The notes below the pieces were generated by a model. The model was not told where the DNA came from. It made no database searches and worked only from the letters and a program-made list of their open reading frames with translations. Positions 24,155 through 35,619 of a DNA stretch of 64,000 nt are shown piece by piece. Position 1 is the stretch's first letter. The number at the start of each line of letters is the position of its first letter. This DNA comes from Mobula hypostoma (taxonomy: Eukaryota), in contig NC_086108.1 of NCBI RefSeq assembly GCF_963921235.1, positions 104,658,001 through 104,722,000 on the forward strand, given 5' to 3'. The position numbers and the translations under genes were made by a program.

Positions 24155-24664
24155 AACTGAAGGAAGAGTGAGTAAGGGATTTGAAAGCTGGAGGGGGAGG
24201 GGGAGATGCAAAATGATAGGAGAAGACAGGAGGGGGAGGGATAGAGCCGAGAGCTGGACAGGTGATAGGCAAAAGGGGATACGAGAGGATCATGGGACAG
24301 GAGGTCCGGGAAGAAAGACAAGGGGGGGGGTGACCCAGAGGATGGGCAAGAGGTATATTCAGAGGGACAGAGGGAGAAAAAGGAGAGTGAGAGAAAGAAT
24401 GTGTGCATAAAAATGAGTAACAGATGGGGTACGAGGGGGAGGTGGGGCCTTAGCGGAAGTTAGAGAAGTCGATGTTCATGCCATCAGGTTGGAGGCTACC
24501 CAGACGGAATATAAGGTGTTGTTCCTCCAACCTGAGTATGGCTTTATCTTTACAGTAGAGGAGGCCGTGGATAGACATGTCAGAATGGGAATGGGATGTG
24601 GAATTAAAATGTGTGGCCACTGGGAGATCCTGCTTTCTCTGGCGGACAGAGCGTAGATGTTCAG

Positions 24665-25441
24665 CAGGATGAGGCTTTTCATTCTAGGACGAGGGAGATG
24701 TCTTCATTTTTTAAAGAAAGGGGCTTCCCTTCCTCCACTATCAACTCTGCTCTTAAACACATCTCCCCCATTTCACGTACATCTGCTCTCACTCCATCCT
24801 CCCACCACCCCACTAGGAATAGGGTTCCCCTGGTCCTCACCTACCACCCCACCAGCCTCCGGGTCCAACATATTATTCTCCGTAACTTCCGCCACCTCCA
24901 ACGGGATCCCACCACTAAGCACATCTTTCCCTCCCCCCGTCTCTCTGCATTCCGCAGGGATCGCTCCCTACACAACTCCCTTGTCCATTCGTCCCCCCCA
25001 TCCCTCCCCACTGATCTCCCTCCTGGCACTTATCCGTGTAAGCGGAACAAGTGTTACACATGCCCTTACACTTCCTCCCTTACCACCATTCAGGGCCCCA
25101 AACAGTCCTTCCAGGTGAGGCATCACTTCACCTGTGAGTCGACTGGGGTGATATACTGCGTCCGGTGCTCCCGATGTGGCCTTTTATATATTGGTGAGAC
25201 CCGACGCAGACTGGGAGACCGCTTTGCTGAACATCTACGCTCTGTCCGCCAGAGAAAGCAGGATCTCCCAGTGGCCACACATTTTAATTCCACATCCCAT
25301 TCCCCTTCTGACATGTCTATCCACGGCCTCCTCTACTGTAAAGATGAAGCCACACTCAGGTTGGAGGAACAACACCTTATATTCCGTCTGGGTAGCCTCC
25401 AACCTGATGGCATGAACATCGACTTCTCTAACTTCCGCTAA
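24665..25441 (+). pseudogene. Penelope ORF C-terminus (post-RT region, Cys motif, GIY-YIG), open but 5'-truncated
   Basis: ORF 24611..25441: PGTYPCKRNKCYTCP...GVIYCVRCSRCGLLYIGET..RFAEH..VATHF..LQPDGMNID. Confidence 0.88.
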
Positions 25442-25736
25442 GGCCCCACCTCCCCCTCGTACCCCATCTGTTACTCATTTTTATGCACACATTCTTTCTC
25501 TCACTCTCCTTTTTCTCCCTCTGTCCCTCTGAATATACCTCTTGCCCATCCTCTGGGTCACCCCCCCCCTTGTCTTTCTTCCCGGACCTCCTGTCCCATG
25601 ATCCTCTCGTATCCCCTTTTGCCTATCACCTGTCCAGCTCTCGGCTCTATCCCTCCCCCTCCTGTCTTCTCCTATCATTTTGGATCTCCCCCTCCCCCTC
25701 CAGCTTTCAAATCCCTTACTCACTCTTCCTTCAGTT

Positions 25737-25772
25737 AGTCCTGACGAAGGGTCTCGGCCTGAAATGTCGACT
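25737..25772 (+). ncRNA. Minimal hammerhead ribozyme motif (C>T in stem III)
   Basis: agtc-ctgacga-agggtctcggcct-gaaa-tgtc-gact. Confidence 0.7.
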
Positions 25773-25869
25773 GCGCCTCTTCCTATAGATGCTGCTTGGC
25801 CTGCTGCGTTCACCAGCAACTTTGATGTATGTTACCATGTTACCTTGCTATCCTGACAAGGGAGGTTTT

Positions 25870-25884
25870 AGCGCCATCTTCTGG
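25870..25884 (-). promoter_or_regulatory. Candidate CTCF motif
   Basis: Minus strand CCAGAAGATGGCGCT, close to consensus CCASYAGRKGGCRS; motif only. Confidence 0.3.
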
Positions 25885-26499
25885 TGGCAGAAATAATAGC
25901 AGGAAACCCATCAATGTTTCCCAGTTTTGGAGTTAAACCATAAACCCATGAGATATAGGAGTAGAATTAGGCCATGTGGCCCATCAAGTTGAATATCTTA
26001 CAAATAAGTTATCATTATTTTGTAAACAAATAACTTAAAATCTATTTTTAGAAGAGCCTCTCATAAAGGAGATTAAGGGGTGACCCGACAGCTTGTATAA
26101 TATTACAAGATATTTACAGTACATATATATAGCCTAAGGCTTTTGCACAGTACTGTAGTTATTTTACGTATTGCACTATACTGCAGCCACACAAAAACAT
26201 CAAAATTCATGAAGCATGTGAGTGATGATAAACCTGATTTCAAAATGGGTCTCTATTGTGGACTGAGAGTGGGAAGGAGGCAGGGACAGGGGAATCATGG
26301 GATAGGGGGAGGGAGCAGGAAGCACCAGAGACATTTTCTGTAATGATCAATAAACCAGTTGTTAGGAATCAAATGAACTTGCCTGGCGTCTCAGTGCTTC
26401 CTCTGTATATACTCACGCCGTCTCCTGCCCCTGTCACTCCTTCCCTGTCACTCCTTCCCTGCCACTTGTCGCACAGTAAATTTATAAACTTGGCAGGAG

Positions 26500-27115
26500 G
26501 AGAGAGAGCAGCGCGCCACGCGTGCGCAGACCTCCGGTGAAAAATGATATTATATCCGTTAAATAGGGGCCGTGGACAATTCTGATTTGATGGAGATGGA
26601 CGTGAAAGCACAGAGGAACATCTGGAAAAATTTCTGAAATGCCAGTTTGCTGCTGTTGTTACTGCGTGATCGGGAATCTTCCGGAGGGAAGGCCTCAAAA
26701 TCCCCGGCTTTGCCTGCTGTTGGCGACCGAGATGGAGGTTGAAACGTTCAGATAGAGATGGCGCTCAGTACTCGGTGTCGAAGAGCTGATCAGAGCTCAA
26801 AGTTTTCGGATGACTCAGAGACGGATTGTGGTTGGGCATGGCAGGGAGAGTTTTTCTTCCTTCTCCCGTCTGCGTGAGATGTGAGACATTTGAGAGACTT
26901 TCAAATTTTTACTGTGCTCGTGGACTTCTTCATCAAGTTATGGTATTGTTGCACTATTGTAACTATATGTTATAATTATGTGGTTTTGTTAGTTTTTTTC
27001 AGTCTTGGTCTGTCCTGTATTTTGTGATATCACAACGGAGGAAATAATGTATCATTTCTTAATGCATGCATTACTAAATGACAATAAAAGAGGACTGCGT
27101 GTCTTTATAATTATA
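26500..27115 (+). repeat. Unclassified ~0.6-kb non-coding retroposon, copy 2
   Basis: Collinear with 14412-14879 and 53078-53676; CpG-rich 5' part. Confidence 0.8.
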
Positions 27116-27339
27116 ATCATGCCATGTTGACAAATACTGTACTGTGAAAAAGCTATAGGCACCCTAGCTATATATGTGCCTAAGACTTTTGCACAGTACT
27201 GTGAGTTGGAAATTTTTCTTCCCCATGGTTGGAGTATCAAGAGGGCATACGTTTAAGGTGAGAGGAAGAAATCTCAAAGGGATGTGACTGTGGTTAATAT
27301 CTGAAACTCATTGCCAGAGGTGGTGGTAGAATCAGATTA

Positions 27340-28209
27340 TTGTTGCCGCCATACCTGTCCTTCGTAGAAAGGTTCTTCCAGGAGAACGCCTTTGACCACA
27401 GGGCCATCAGGCAGTGGTTGGCACATAATGTCCTGCAGGCACTGCAGGAGAAGGACGTGATGGACACAGTGGGGTGGTTCCCTGAGCAGACTGTCCAGTT
27501 CATCTGGCAAAATGCCTCATCGCCAGATCTCACCAACAGGCACCAGGACCTCGCCTGACTGGTGATGAGAGGGGCCCTCCCAGTCAGATCCCTCCTGTAT
27601 GCCCGGAACATCGACTCCATACCCCACTGCCTACGGGAGGACTGCAGTGAGGAGGATTCTGTGACCCACCTCTTTGCACACTGTCATTTCGCAGAGAGGG
27701 TGTGGAGGAGGATGGACGGGCTAGTGTCACGTTTCATTCCCAGCAGCTGCGTAACAGAGGATTCTCTGATCTACGGGCTGTTCCCGGGGACGCACACGGA
27801 GACCAACATCTGGTGCTGCTGGCAGATCATCAACTCGGTGAAAGACGCTCTTTGGTCGGCCCGAAACTTGATGATCTACCAGCAAATGGAGATGCCCGTG
27901 GGAGAATGCTGCCGACTGGCACATTCTCGGCTGCAGGAGTATGTGCTGAGGGACGCACTGCAAGGGCCAGGTGGGGAAGGACCACAGTATAGGTTTCTTC
28001 ACCCGCGGGAGTGGGAGGGGTTGGGTGGCGGCGAGTATACCCCTCAACAATGGTGTGGTAAGGTGAACAACTGGAATGCCACGTGGGTGGCCAAAAGTAT
28101 GGATATGTACAGACCATAATGGGAACGTATGTAAAGGATGGAAAGTTATTGAATGGTTTATTGTATATAATTTTATTTTTGAATAAAGTATATTTTGAAA
28201 TTAAAAAAA
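27340..28209 (+). mobile_element. L1/Tx1-clade LINE 3' end with zinc finger and poly(A), inserted in a CR1 3' fragment
   Basis: ORFs 27340..27558 and 27562..28119 (RGALPVR, C..C..EDSVTHLFAHC..A.RVW, KDALWSARN); aataaa plus A-tail at ~28182-28209. Confidence 0.85.
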
Positions 28210-28999
28210 ATTAATTCAATGTTTAAAAGATACTTACACAGGCAAATAAATACAACAAAAAATGTGGATAAGAACTGAACGATGACATGATTTATTTATT
28301 AATTGCATATACATTGAAACATACGGTGAAATGCATCGTTTGTATTAGCAACCAACTGGCTGTAAGGACATGCTGGGGGCAGTCTGCAAGTATCACCATA
28401 CACTCCGGCACCGACATACCATATCCACAATGTTCAGCAGTACAACTTGCAGCCAGCATCCCTTTCTGAATACCATCCCCCGCCCCCACCCATGCACCCA
28501 GGATGTCTCTGGGCCTCTGCCTTACAGTCTTTGGGCTTGGACTCACAGACATCAGGCCTCTGACCTCCAGACTCCCTGACCTTGGGACTTTGACCTCTCA
28601 GCTTCAACCAGACTTGCCAGCCTCTGGGCTTCAACCCCAGAACTCACTGATCATGAACCTCCGACCTGAGGACCGGATGATTGACCTTGGACCTCCAACT
28701 GCAGGGCACGCTGACCTCCGGGATATCCAGCCCCCGCAGACCTGGGATCTTGATCCTTGTTTCTCAGGAATTGCTGACCTCCATCTTCGCAGAGGGAGAG
28801 TTCTGTTGTGTATTCAGAGAGTGGTTTTTGAAACTGGATGGCGGGGTGGAGATCAGTCCCTACCTTGGGCAAGGTGTAGCACCCGCTTAGCCCCCTCCTC
28901 CCACCGATGAGGGTCATATGAAGCCAAGGGAGCAGGTAGTGGATGGTCGTATGAGTAGCTGGTGCATATCACAAGTCCTGGTTATGTGACCACTGACAC

Positions 29000-29202
29000 T
29001 GTTGTGTCTGAGCACAACTACATATCAATTAAACAAAAAAAGCATGCACGCAGGAGCTGACTTTAACTGGTGTATTCACATGAGAGAGAGAGAGTGAGTG
29101 AGTGAGTGAGAGAGAGAGAACAATGTGCATTCATAGACAATAGATCAATACATAGTGTTGGGGGGGGTCATTGTTCTAAAAGAAATAGATCCATACATTA
29201 CA
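29000..29202 (-). repeat. Gypsy 3' LTR
   Basis: Direct repeat of 32918-33107 adjacent to the polypurine tract; contains a (GA/GT) microsatellite. Confidence 0.85.
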
Positions 29203-31397
29203 CTTCTTCCCCCTTTCGATTAACGCAACATAAAACTGTGTATGTACAAAACATTCAATTTCCCTTTCGTAAACCCATATTCCAAATAAACATGATTTTT
29301 GCAGTAACAGTCCATAACTAATTTCACAGTTCTAAAGGTTCAGACTTCTGGGTGTTGCTTTGTTTCTTTCAAGATAGTGCTTCTGGACTTGTGAAATAGC
29401 ACCTGGTTTGGCAGGTGTCTTGTCTAAGACAACGATCTTGGCTTCCAGTGCTACGTTGTTGTCAGTGACATGATCATCCCTGAGAGGTAAGTTCAGTGGT
29501 TGTAATATGTCTATTTTGTTAGATGCAGTTGACTAATTTGTGTTCTTCAGTTGAGCATCCAGTACCTGGCCCACATGATCTCCATTTCTCATCTCCAACA
29601 TGAGCAGGCCATTCTTGTGTGGTGATTTCATAGGTCATTCTTTGTTTCTTTCTGTATTTCGGAATTTGTTGCTGGCAACTGGTCCACCAATGCGGTGTGG
29701 AACTCTTCTCCTGGGTCACAGAATGAAAACTTTTCTTCTTCAGTTGCCAGTAGTGGAAGACGTAACAAGCCATCTATATTGCTGTGTTGTTCCGTGCCCT
29801 TGAACTCTATGTCATAAGAGTGGGCTCCTAAGAATAGAGCCTACCATTGCAACTGGGTAGCAATCATCACTGGAATTCCCTTCCATGAATTGAAAATGTA
29901 CGCAAGGGGCTGGTGATCTGTCACTGGCACAAATTTTGTCCATAGAGGTAGTGGTGGAACTTCTTTAATTCCCATATTAGCCTAAGGACCTCTCAGTCGA
30001 TCTGTGCATAGTTGCGTTCTGTGCTCGTCAGTGATCTTGAAGCAAACGCAATTGGGTATTCAGATCCATCTTACACAATATGTGACAAAACAGCTCCAAT
30101 GCCATAAGAGGATGCATCGCACGGCAGTCTGATGAGCAGGGATGGGTCATAACAGGTGAGCAGTTCGTCAACTGTTATTTGCCTCTTTGAATGCTTTTCA
30201 CACTTTCCTGACCATTCCCACTTTGCTCCTGTCTGTAACAGTACGTGCAACGGATGCAGCACTGTAGCAATGTTTGGGAAAATTCAGTGATAGTAGTTTA
30301 CAAGGGCCCAAGTGTGACACATTTTCCAGTTTGGGTGCCTGTAGCACTGCTTTAATCTTCTCTTGTGTTTTATGTAAGCCATACTTGCCAATGACATGTC
30401 CAAAATATGAGATTTCATTCTTAAAGAACTCACATTTCTCTCTCTTTATGCGCAGACTATACTCAGTGAGCCAGTTAAGCATTTTACCAAGGTTTTGAAG
30501 GCGTTCTTCATCATTTTTGCTAGTCATGATGATACATCAGGGTAACATTGGGTTCCTGGGATATCTTGGAGCACTTGGTCGATTGCTCTTTGCCAAATTG
30601 CTAAAGCTGATGCCACGCCGAATACAAGACGATTATACTGGAACAGTCCCTTGTGAGGAACTTCCTGCTTGACTCCTCAATCTCCATTTGCAGATAGACA
30701 TGTGACAAGTCAATCTTTGAAAACCTCTCATTTTTAACAAAGATGCCGAAATGTCTTCTATTTGTGGCAGGGGATACTGCACAGTATGCTGCACCGGATT
30801 GATATCCACTTTGAAATCGCCACGTATGCGAACCGCTCCAGCCTCTCCTTTCTTGGACAAAGGTCCAGGAAAGGCCCAATCACCCCACTCAACCCTGGAG
30901 AGAATTCCGATGCCTCCAAGTTCAGAACTTCAGCATCCACTTTAGGACGTAGTATGTAAGGCACTGGACGCATATTATGGAATCTTGGTGTTGCTGTTTC
31001 ATCCAGTTCAGTTATGGCCTTCATGCCTTTGAGTTTACTGATCACCTTCTCAAACACTTTCTCATCAGCATTAAGCAGCTGTGACATTCTCTGGTTGGTG
31101 CTACCATCTGGGCTGCTGTTGCTTGTCGATGTCACACTGAGAGCTTTGATTGAGTGTCAGTCTAGTTGGATTTTTCTCAACTATTCACATCCGAAAAGCG
31201 CTGGCCTTCCACTTTCCAATACGTAAAGCTCTAACTGTTATATTTGGCCTCCATATGTCACACTCACTTGCAGTTTGCCTTGAGAGACACTTTTTCACCT
31301 GCGGAAGTCTTTAGCCTCACTAAGGTCTTCTCTAATGATATCTTAGAAAACAATCTGTTGTAGTCAGCAGGTCGGGCAGCATCAGTTAGAAACGGTG

Positions 31398-31433
31398 AGT
31401 CGACGTTTCGGGCCGGAACCCTTCGTCAGGACT
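31398..31433 (-). ncRNA. Minimal hammerhead ribozyme motif
   Basis: AGUC-CUGACGA-AGGGUUCCGGCCC-GAAA-CGUC-GACU on the minus strand. Confidence 0.85.
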
Positions 31434-31736
31434 GATGAATGAAAGATGGGGAAGGATTTGAGGAATGCTTGTAGCTTCAGTTGAAGGACCAGTAATTTGA
31501 AAGACAAAGGGGTGGGGGAGGGGAAGCATTGATGTCATAGCCCTGAAAACAATGGGTAGTAGAAGAAGGAGGTGGTTCTTCTATCCTCATGGTTCCGCCT
31601 CCTTCTTCTACTACCCATTGTTTTCAGGGCTATGACGTCAATGCTTCCCCTCCCCCACCCCTTTGTCTTTCAAATTACTGGCCTTTCAACTGACGCTACA
31701 AGCATTCTTCAAATCCTTCCCCATCTTTCATTCATC

Positions 31737-31772
31737 AGTCCTGACGAAGGGTTCCGGCCCGAAACGTCGACT
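31737..31772 (+). ncRNA. Minimal hammerhead ribozyme motif
   Basis: agtc-ctgacga-agggttccggccc-gaaa-cgtc-gact. Confidence 0.85.
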
Positions 31773-32917
31773 CACCGTTTCTAACTGATGCTGCCCGACC
31801 TGCTGAGTTCATCCAGCGTACTGAAAGTGTTGCTTTGATCACAGCATCTGCAGATTATTTTGTGTTTACTGTTGTAGTCAGCCTCCGGAATTATAGTCAA
31901 AGCTGGTCATGTATCCAGCTCTATTTTCAGTTTTACGCCATACACATCTATTGTGATCTAAATGATTTTGTGAGCTGCTTCAGTTATACTATGCAGTTCC
32001 AGGCATGACAGCTCACCTTTGAGCTATGTTGGATTCTGTTTTACATTCGGTAACTTTATGTATTTGCTTAGTTTTGTGTTTGAGACTTTTCACTTAGTCG
32101 TGCTTTTTGTCTGCCTTGCACATTCTCTCTATGTGACCTTGTCTGTGACACTTTCTGTAGACTTTTTCTATGAACCAACAGTCATTTGTATCATGGGAGG
32201 ATTTGCTACATTGATAACATTTTTGGCTTTTTGCATAATTCAAGGACATTTTGTGCAGTTTTCATTCTAACCTTCTTTTCCGTAGTTCTACTGCAGTCTC
32301 TAACAATATTACAATGGTCAATGCCCTTTCTAAGTTTCATTTGAGTGCTTTGACTATGCTTGTCACATACAAGCCTGTCCCTTAATGCATCAGAAAGTCC
32401 ATCTCTAAAGTCACAGTACTGGAAAAGTTAGTGCAGCTCTGCAATGTATTCAGAAAAGCTTTCATCTTTTCACTGGTTCCTTTTGTAAAATCTAAACCTC
32501 TCAGCTATTGTGAGCAGTTTACAGCTCAAGTGATTTTGTAAAATTGCAGCAATTTCATTGAACGTCTTGCTTGTCTGGCTTTGCAGGGCTTACTAAGTTA
32601 GTAAAAGACTGTATGTTCTTTGGCCCATTAAGCTAAGAAGTGTAGGGGCTTTCTTTCGCTCCTCTACGTTCACATTACAGAACAGTTCGGCCCTCTCAAT
32701 ATGAGACTCCCAGCCTTCATTAGTGCTATCAAGTTCATCAGTTTTCCTGACTGAAGCCATTGCCATGTTATTTTCACTTTAAATTCAACGTGTCTTTCAA
32801 TGTTCCTTTGTTTGTGTCTGTGACAGCTTTCTTGTTCTGTCTAACTCTCACTGTTCTGTCCCGTAACTGTTGGTGCAGTTTGTGATATTTTCTGACATTC
32901 AGTATTCGTCACCAATT

Positions 32918-33107
32918 TGTTGTGTCTGCGCACAACTACACATCAACTAAATTAAAGCACGCATGAGGGAGATGGCTTTAACTGGTGTATTCACATTGCA
33001 GCAAGAGAGAGACAGTGAAAAATGCGCATGTGTAAACGACAAATCAATATGGAGTGATAAGGGGTTGGGGGTTTATTGCTCTAAAAGAAATAGATCCATA
33101 CATTACA
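32918..33107 (-). repeat. Gypsy 5' LTR
   Basis: Direct repeat of 29000-29202, adjacent to the PBS-like motif. Confidence 0.85.
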
Positions 33108-33564
33108 GTCACCAGGCAGTCAATTTCTGAAGAATATTGATCATGGCTGGGGCCACCCATCTCATAAGATACTGCCAGAAGAAGGTAATGGTAAACCACT
33201 TCTGTAGAAAAATTTACCTTGAACAATTATGGTCATGAGACCATGATCACCTACATCATATGACAAGGCACATGGTGATGATGGTGATAGCATCAAACAT
33301 ATAACGAAATATATCATTTGCATTAACAATCAACACACCCAATGATGTGCTGGAGGCATCGTTCAAATGTTGCTACAGATTCTGGTTGCAACATTGCATG
33401 CCCACCAGGCTTGGCAGATCGATATAGAAAGCAACAAAACAGAAAGTACCAAGTGACAAAGTAATGGTAGCCAAACAAGCTCTGTCCCCCCACCCACTCA
33501 CCCATCCATGCACATGCCTAGCCCTCTAACCCCAGGACAGGTTGTCCAGTGGATGAAGCAGGGG

Positions 33565-33685
33565 GCACAAGAGAGTGCAGATGCTGGAATCTGGAGCATG
33601 AAGCAATCTGCTGGAGGAACTCAGCAGGTCGAGCAGCATCTGTGGGAGAAGAGAAATTGTTGTGTCGAGACCCTCACATCAGGAG
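33565..33685 (-). mobile_element. Old Penelope pLTR end fragment
   Basis: tgcagatgctggaatc...ctggaggaactcagcaggtcgagcagcatc...gagaccctcacatcagga. Confidence 0.6.
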
Positions 33686-33715
33686 CCAATTCCCTTCAAG
33701 GAGCAACTGAAGAAA

Positions 33716-34843
33716 TGCACTACTGACCACTTAATGAGGTACACCTGTACACCTGCTCGTTAATGCAAATATCTAATCAACCAATCATGTGGCAGCAACT
33801 CAATGCGTAAATGCATGTAGACATGGTCAAGAGGTTCAATTGTTTTTCAGACCAAACATCAGAATGGGGAAGAAATGTGATTTATTTATTTATTGGGAAA
33901 AAGCACAGAATAGGCCCTTTAAGCAGCTCTGCCCAGTAATCGTTAATTTAAGCTTAGCCTAATTACAGGACAATTCGTAATGACCGATTAACCTATCAAC
34001 CGGTACGCCTTTGGACTGTGGGAGGAAATCGGATCACCTGGAGGAAACCCATGCTATCATAGGGAGAATGTATAAACTCCTTTCAAGGGTGCTGAGTAAA
34101 GCATTGTGCTAGCCACTATCCTACCATGTTGCTACTATGATCTAAGTGACTTTGACAATGGAATGTTTGTTGGTGCCAGACGGGGTGACTTGAGTATCTC
34201 AGAAATTGCTGATTTCCTCAAATTTTCACGCATGGCAGTCTCAAGAGTTTACAAAGAATGGTGTGAAAAGTGAAAAAGAACATCCACTAAATGGCAGTTC
34301 TGTGGACAAAGATGCCTTGTTAACGAGAGAGGTCAGAGAAGAATGGCCAGACTGGTTGAAGCTAATGGAAAGGTAACTCAAATAACCACATGTTACAACA
34401 GTGGTGTGCAGAAGAGCATCTCTGAATGTACAGCACGTTGAACGTTGAAGTGCATGGGCTGCAGCAACAGAAGACCATGAACATACACTCACTGGCCATT
34501 TTATTAGGGTCAGGAGGTAACTAGTGATTGGATTTGACTGTAGGTCATATTGTCCTCTTTCAGTTCGATATTTTTTTCATATTTTTGCCCATCCTTTCTT
34601 GTCAATTAGCAGGCTGGGAGTTTGGTTGATCTGTTCGTTTTTGTGCAAGTGAGGGGTAGGGGAGGTTGAGTTTTGTGAGTTTTTGTTTCTTTTTCTTTTT
34701 GTGCCAGGAGGTTGGGTCTTTCTTTCAACTACTTCTATGGTTTTCTGTATGTTGTGGCTATCTGGAGAAGACAAATCTCAGAGTTGTATTCTGCATATGA
34801 TAAAATGAACCTTTGAACCTTTGATGAAGTGGCCATTTTGTGT
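33716..34843 (+). mobile_element. Tc1-like DNA transposon deletion derivative with two nested insertions
   Basis: TIR-like cactactgaccacttaatgaggtacacc and gaagtggccattttgtgta. Transposase N-terminus MGKKCD|LSDFDNGMFVGARRGDLSISEIADFLKFSR is split by a V-SINE (~33880-34137); a second retroposon tail lies at ~34525-34824. Confidence 0.7.
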
Positions 34844-34879
34844 ACATGGTGAAGAAACCTTTATAAGATTTCAGAGAAC

Positions 34880-34898
34880 TGGCCTGTAGATGGCACTA
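34880..34898 (+). promoter_or_regulatory. Candidate CTCF motif
   Basis: tggcctgtagatggcacta; two mismatches to consensus; in non-repetitive sequence. Confidence 0.2.
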
Positions 34899-35619
34899 GT
34901 GAGCTGCTCTGATAAAGTGCAGGCCATTCTCCTATTACTGCCATCTTTTCACAAGTTTTCTAATTCCTGATTGCAGCTTTTTGATTATTAAGCACAAAGT
35001 CTTTTGGATAGGATGAAAGAGGTAAACATCCTTATAGCATTTATGGAGCTCTTTAATGCTCTGATGGCAAATTGTAGGATTTAACGGATTAGCTGAGTTA
35101 GATAGACTTAAAGGCTTTCCTCAGGCAAGCTGTGTTGAATTTCATTTAGGGCCTAAATTCCATGGTCACTAATGAAACCTTTTCACAGTTCCCATGCCTG
35201 AGGCAGACAACCACTAAGAATTTCATTTTAAATCCCTTAGCTCAAATCGGCAGCTAATTTTCTGAAAGCTTCCAGATAAGCTTATTATAAGTGAGGTTTA
35301 TAGAGCTTGTGATTATACTCTTAAGGACTAAACTGCTCTACGGCTATTAACTAATCTCACTATGGAGGTTATTCTGAAACATGTGTCACAGTCAGAGAGC
35401 GAAACAGGATGGAAACAGGTCCTCCCGCCCCACTTCACCCATGGCAACCAAGATTCCTGCCTGAGCTAGTCCCACTGAACCATATACTTCTCAACCTTTT
35501 CTATCCATGTATCTGTCCAAATGTCTTTTAAACTTTGTTCTTGTACCTGCCTCAACCACTTTCTTTGACAGCTCATTCCTCCCTTGCCAACCTATGTTTA
35601 AAAAATTGTAAACAGTTTA

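Larger units (their letters stand above)
24022..25833. mobile_element. Penelope-like element (Neptune-type) fold-back, 13-bp perfect TSD
   Basis: Minus arm 24022-~24666 with tail; plus arm ~24665-25833; TSD accatgttacctt at 24009-24021 and 25834-25846. Confidence 0.93.
31364..31868. mobile_element. ORF-less Penelope pLTR palindrome (second subfamily) inserted in the Gypsy
   Basis: Arms 31364-31575 and 31595-31806, 19-nt spacer, right-side tail; TSD ctgttgtagtcagc 31355-31368 / 31869-31882 (partly overlapping the arm). Confidence 0.9.
29000..33107 (-). mobile_element. Gypsy/Ty3 LTR retrotransposon, two LTRs, decayed, integrase deleted
   Basis: LTRs 29000-29202 and 32918-33107 (TGTTGTG...ATTACA); PBS-like tggtgacga next to the 5' LTR; PPT aaagggggaagaag; TSD gacac/gtcac. 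RT/RNase H ORF remnants (GDFKV, YPLP.IED, FSKIDL, KCEFF, CDASSYGIGAVL). Confidence 0.9.
28830..33290 (+). mobile_element. RTE-tailed SINE-like element split by the Gypsy provirus (parts 28830-28999 and 33108-33290)
   Basis: Collinear with 58192-58410 + 59341-59540; RTE/BovB-like tail gaagaaggtaatggtaaaccacttctgtag and (gat)n end. Confidence 0.65.
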
